Shown: positions 58,027 to 58,553 of the stretch, in pieces | How positions within the stretch are numbered: position 1 is the first letter of the stretch | How the letters are laid out: each line of letters begins with the position of its first letter | Virus record (IMG/VR): IMGVR_UViG_3300025000_000115 | Coordinates: 1 to 58,553 of that record | Origin: a virus | Taxonomy: Duplodnaviria > Caudoviricetes | Strand: one strand, 5' to 3' | Length of the DNA stretch: 58,553 nucleotides | Position numbers and translations under genes: made by a program | The notes under the pieces: model-generated | The model's input: the letters and a program-made list of their open reading frames with translations, nothing else | Databases searched by the model: none | What the model was told of the DNA's origin: nothing

Positions 58027-58428
58027 TTACATCCCTTGAACGTAGTTGGCACCAGCACCAAAAACAACAGTCACCGATAGGACATTGGGTTGCGCCACGA
58101 AAATATCACAGAATAGAGTGGCAGGACAGATGAATGTTTTAGTGGTGTCCGAGTTGTAATAATACGTGGTATCTGCGACAGAATATAGGTGAATATTATA
58201 CCAACCGGCAATATTCACCTGACCAGTTGCACCGGCAACAGGAAAATAAAAAACCACCGTGCCGGTCATTGCTGATGTAACCTGGCTCTTTGCCGGGTCA
58301 GGCACAGTGCCCTGCACCATACTTATACCACCACCATTCGTGCCAGCAGAAGTCTGACCGCCTGGCAGACAGAACGCTTGTGAACATAACGTAAGCACCA
58401 ACAGCAGACCGATTACCAGTGATTTCAT
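58027..58428 (-). CDS. Signal-peptide-bearing hypothetical protein in head module
   Basis: MKSLVIGLLLVLTLCSQAFC N-terminus. Confidence 0.6.
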   Translation of the reverse strand: MKSLVIGLLLVLTLCSQAFCLPGGQTSAGTNGGGISMVQGTVPDPAKSQVTSAMTGTVVFYFPVAGATGQVNIAGWYNIHLYSVADTTYYYNSDTTKTFICPATLFCDIFVAQPNVLSVTVVFGAGANYVQGM

Positions 58429-58553
58429 TTTAGACCTCGTTCATGATTAAAATTATTGTAACGACTGTGAGCATGATTACTCCAATAACGGTAGACGTCA
58501 TCTCAGACCTCCACGTAGGCTATTGTTCCGCAGGTTTTAATTCTAGCGACCTC
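58393..58553. repeat. Terminal direct repeat / circular overlap (copy 2)
   Basis: Matches 1..161. Confidence 0.95.

Overview
This looks like a complete, circularly permuted ~58.4 kb tailed-phage genome (161-bp end overlap, 1..161 = 58393..58553, one mismatch). The virion module is P22-like (portal, scaffold, coat, gp4/gp10-like tail hub, ejection proteins, tailspike parts). The replication module encodes an NrS-1-type primase-helicase, SF2 helicase, Cas4-like nuclease, SSB, ThyX and a family-B DNA polymerase. Nearly all genes are on the minus strand except 28.8-37.0 kb. I recognise no tyrosine integrase, only a small serine resolvase. The standout feature is an integron-like array at 19918-21954: five attC-like sites delimit five single-gene cassettes. 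In each cassette the starting GTT core box is reverse-complementary to its own AAC inverse core. No IntI is recognisable, and every cassette ORF is antisense to the conventional attC orientation, so the genes appear to be read from a phage promoter on the far side. Other oddities include a Tes/MJ0619-like radical SAM enzyme, GNAT, ATP-grasp ligase, HEXXH protein and a glycosyltransferase-methyltransferase fusion among the virion genes. There are also several tail-region proteins with signal or lipoprotein peptides, a tRNA-like element with a 4-nt anticodon loop, an iteron-like putative origin and 7-mer tandem arrays. All product calls come from motif recognition by eye; no database searches were run.
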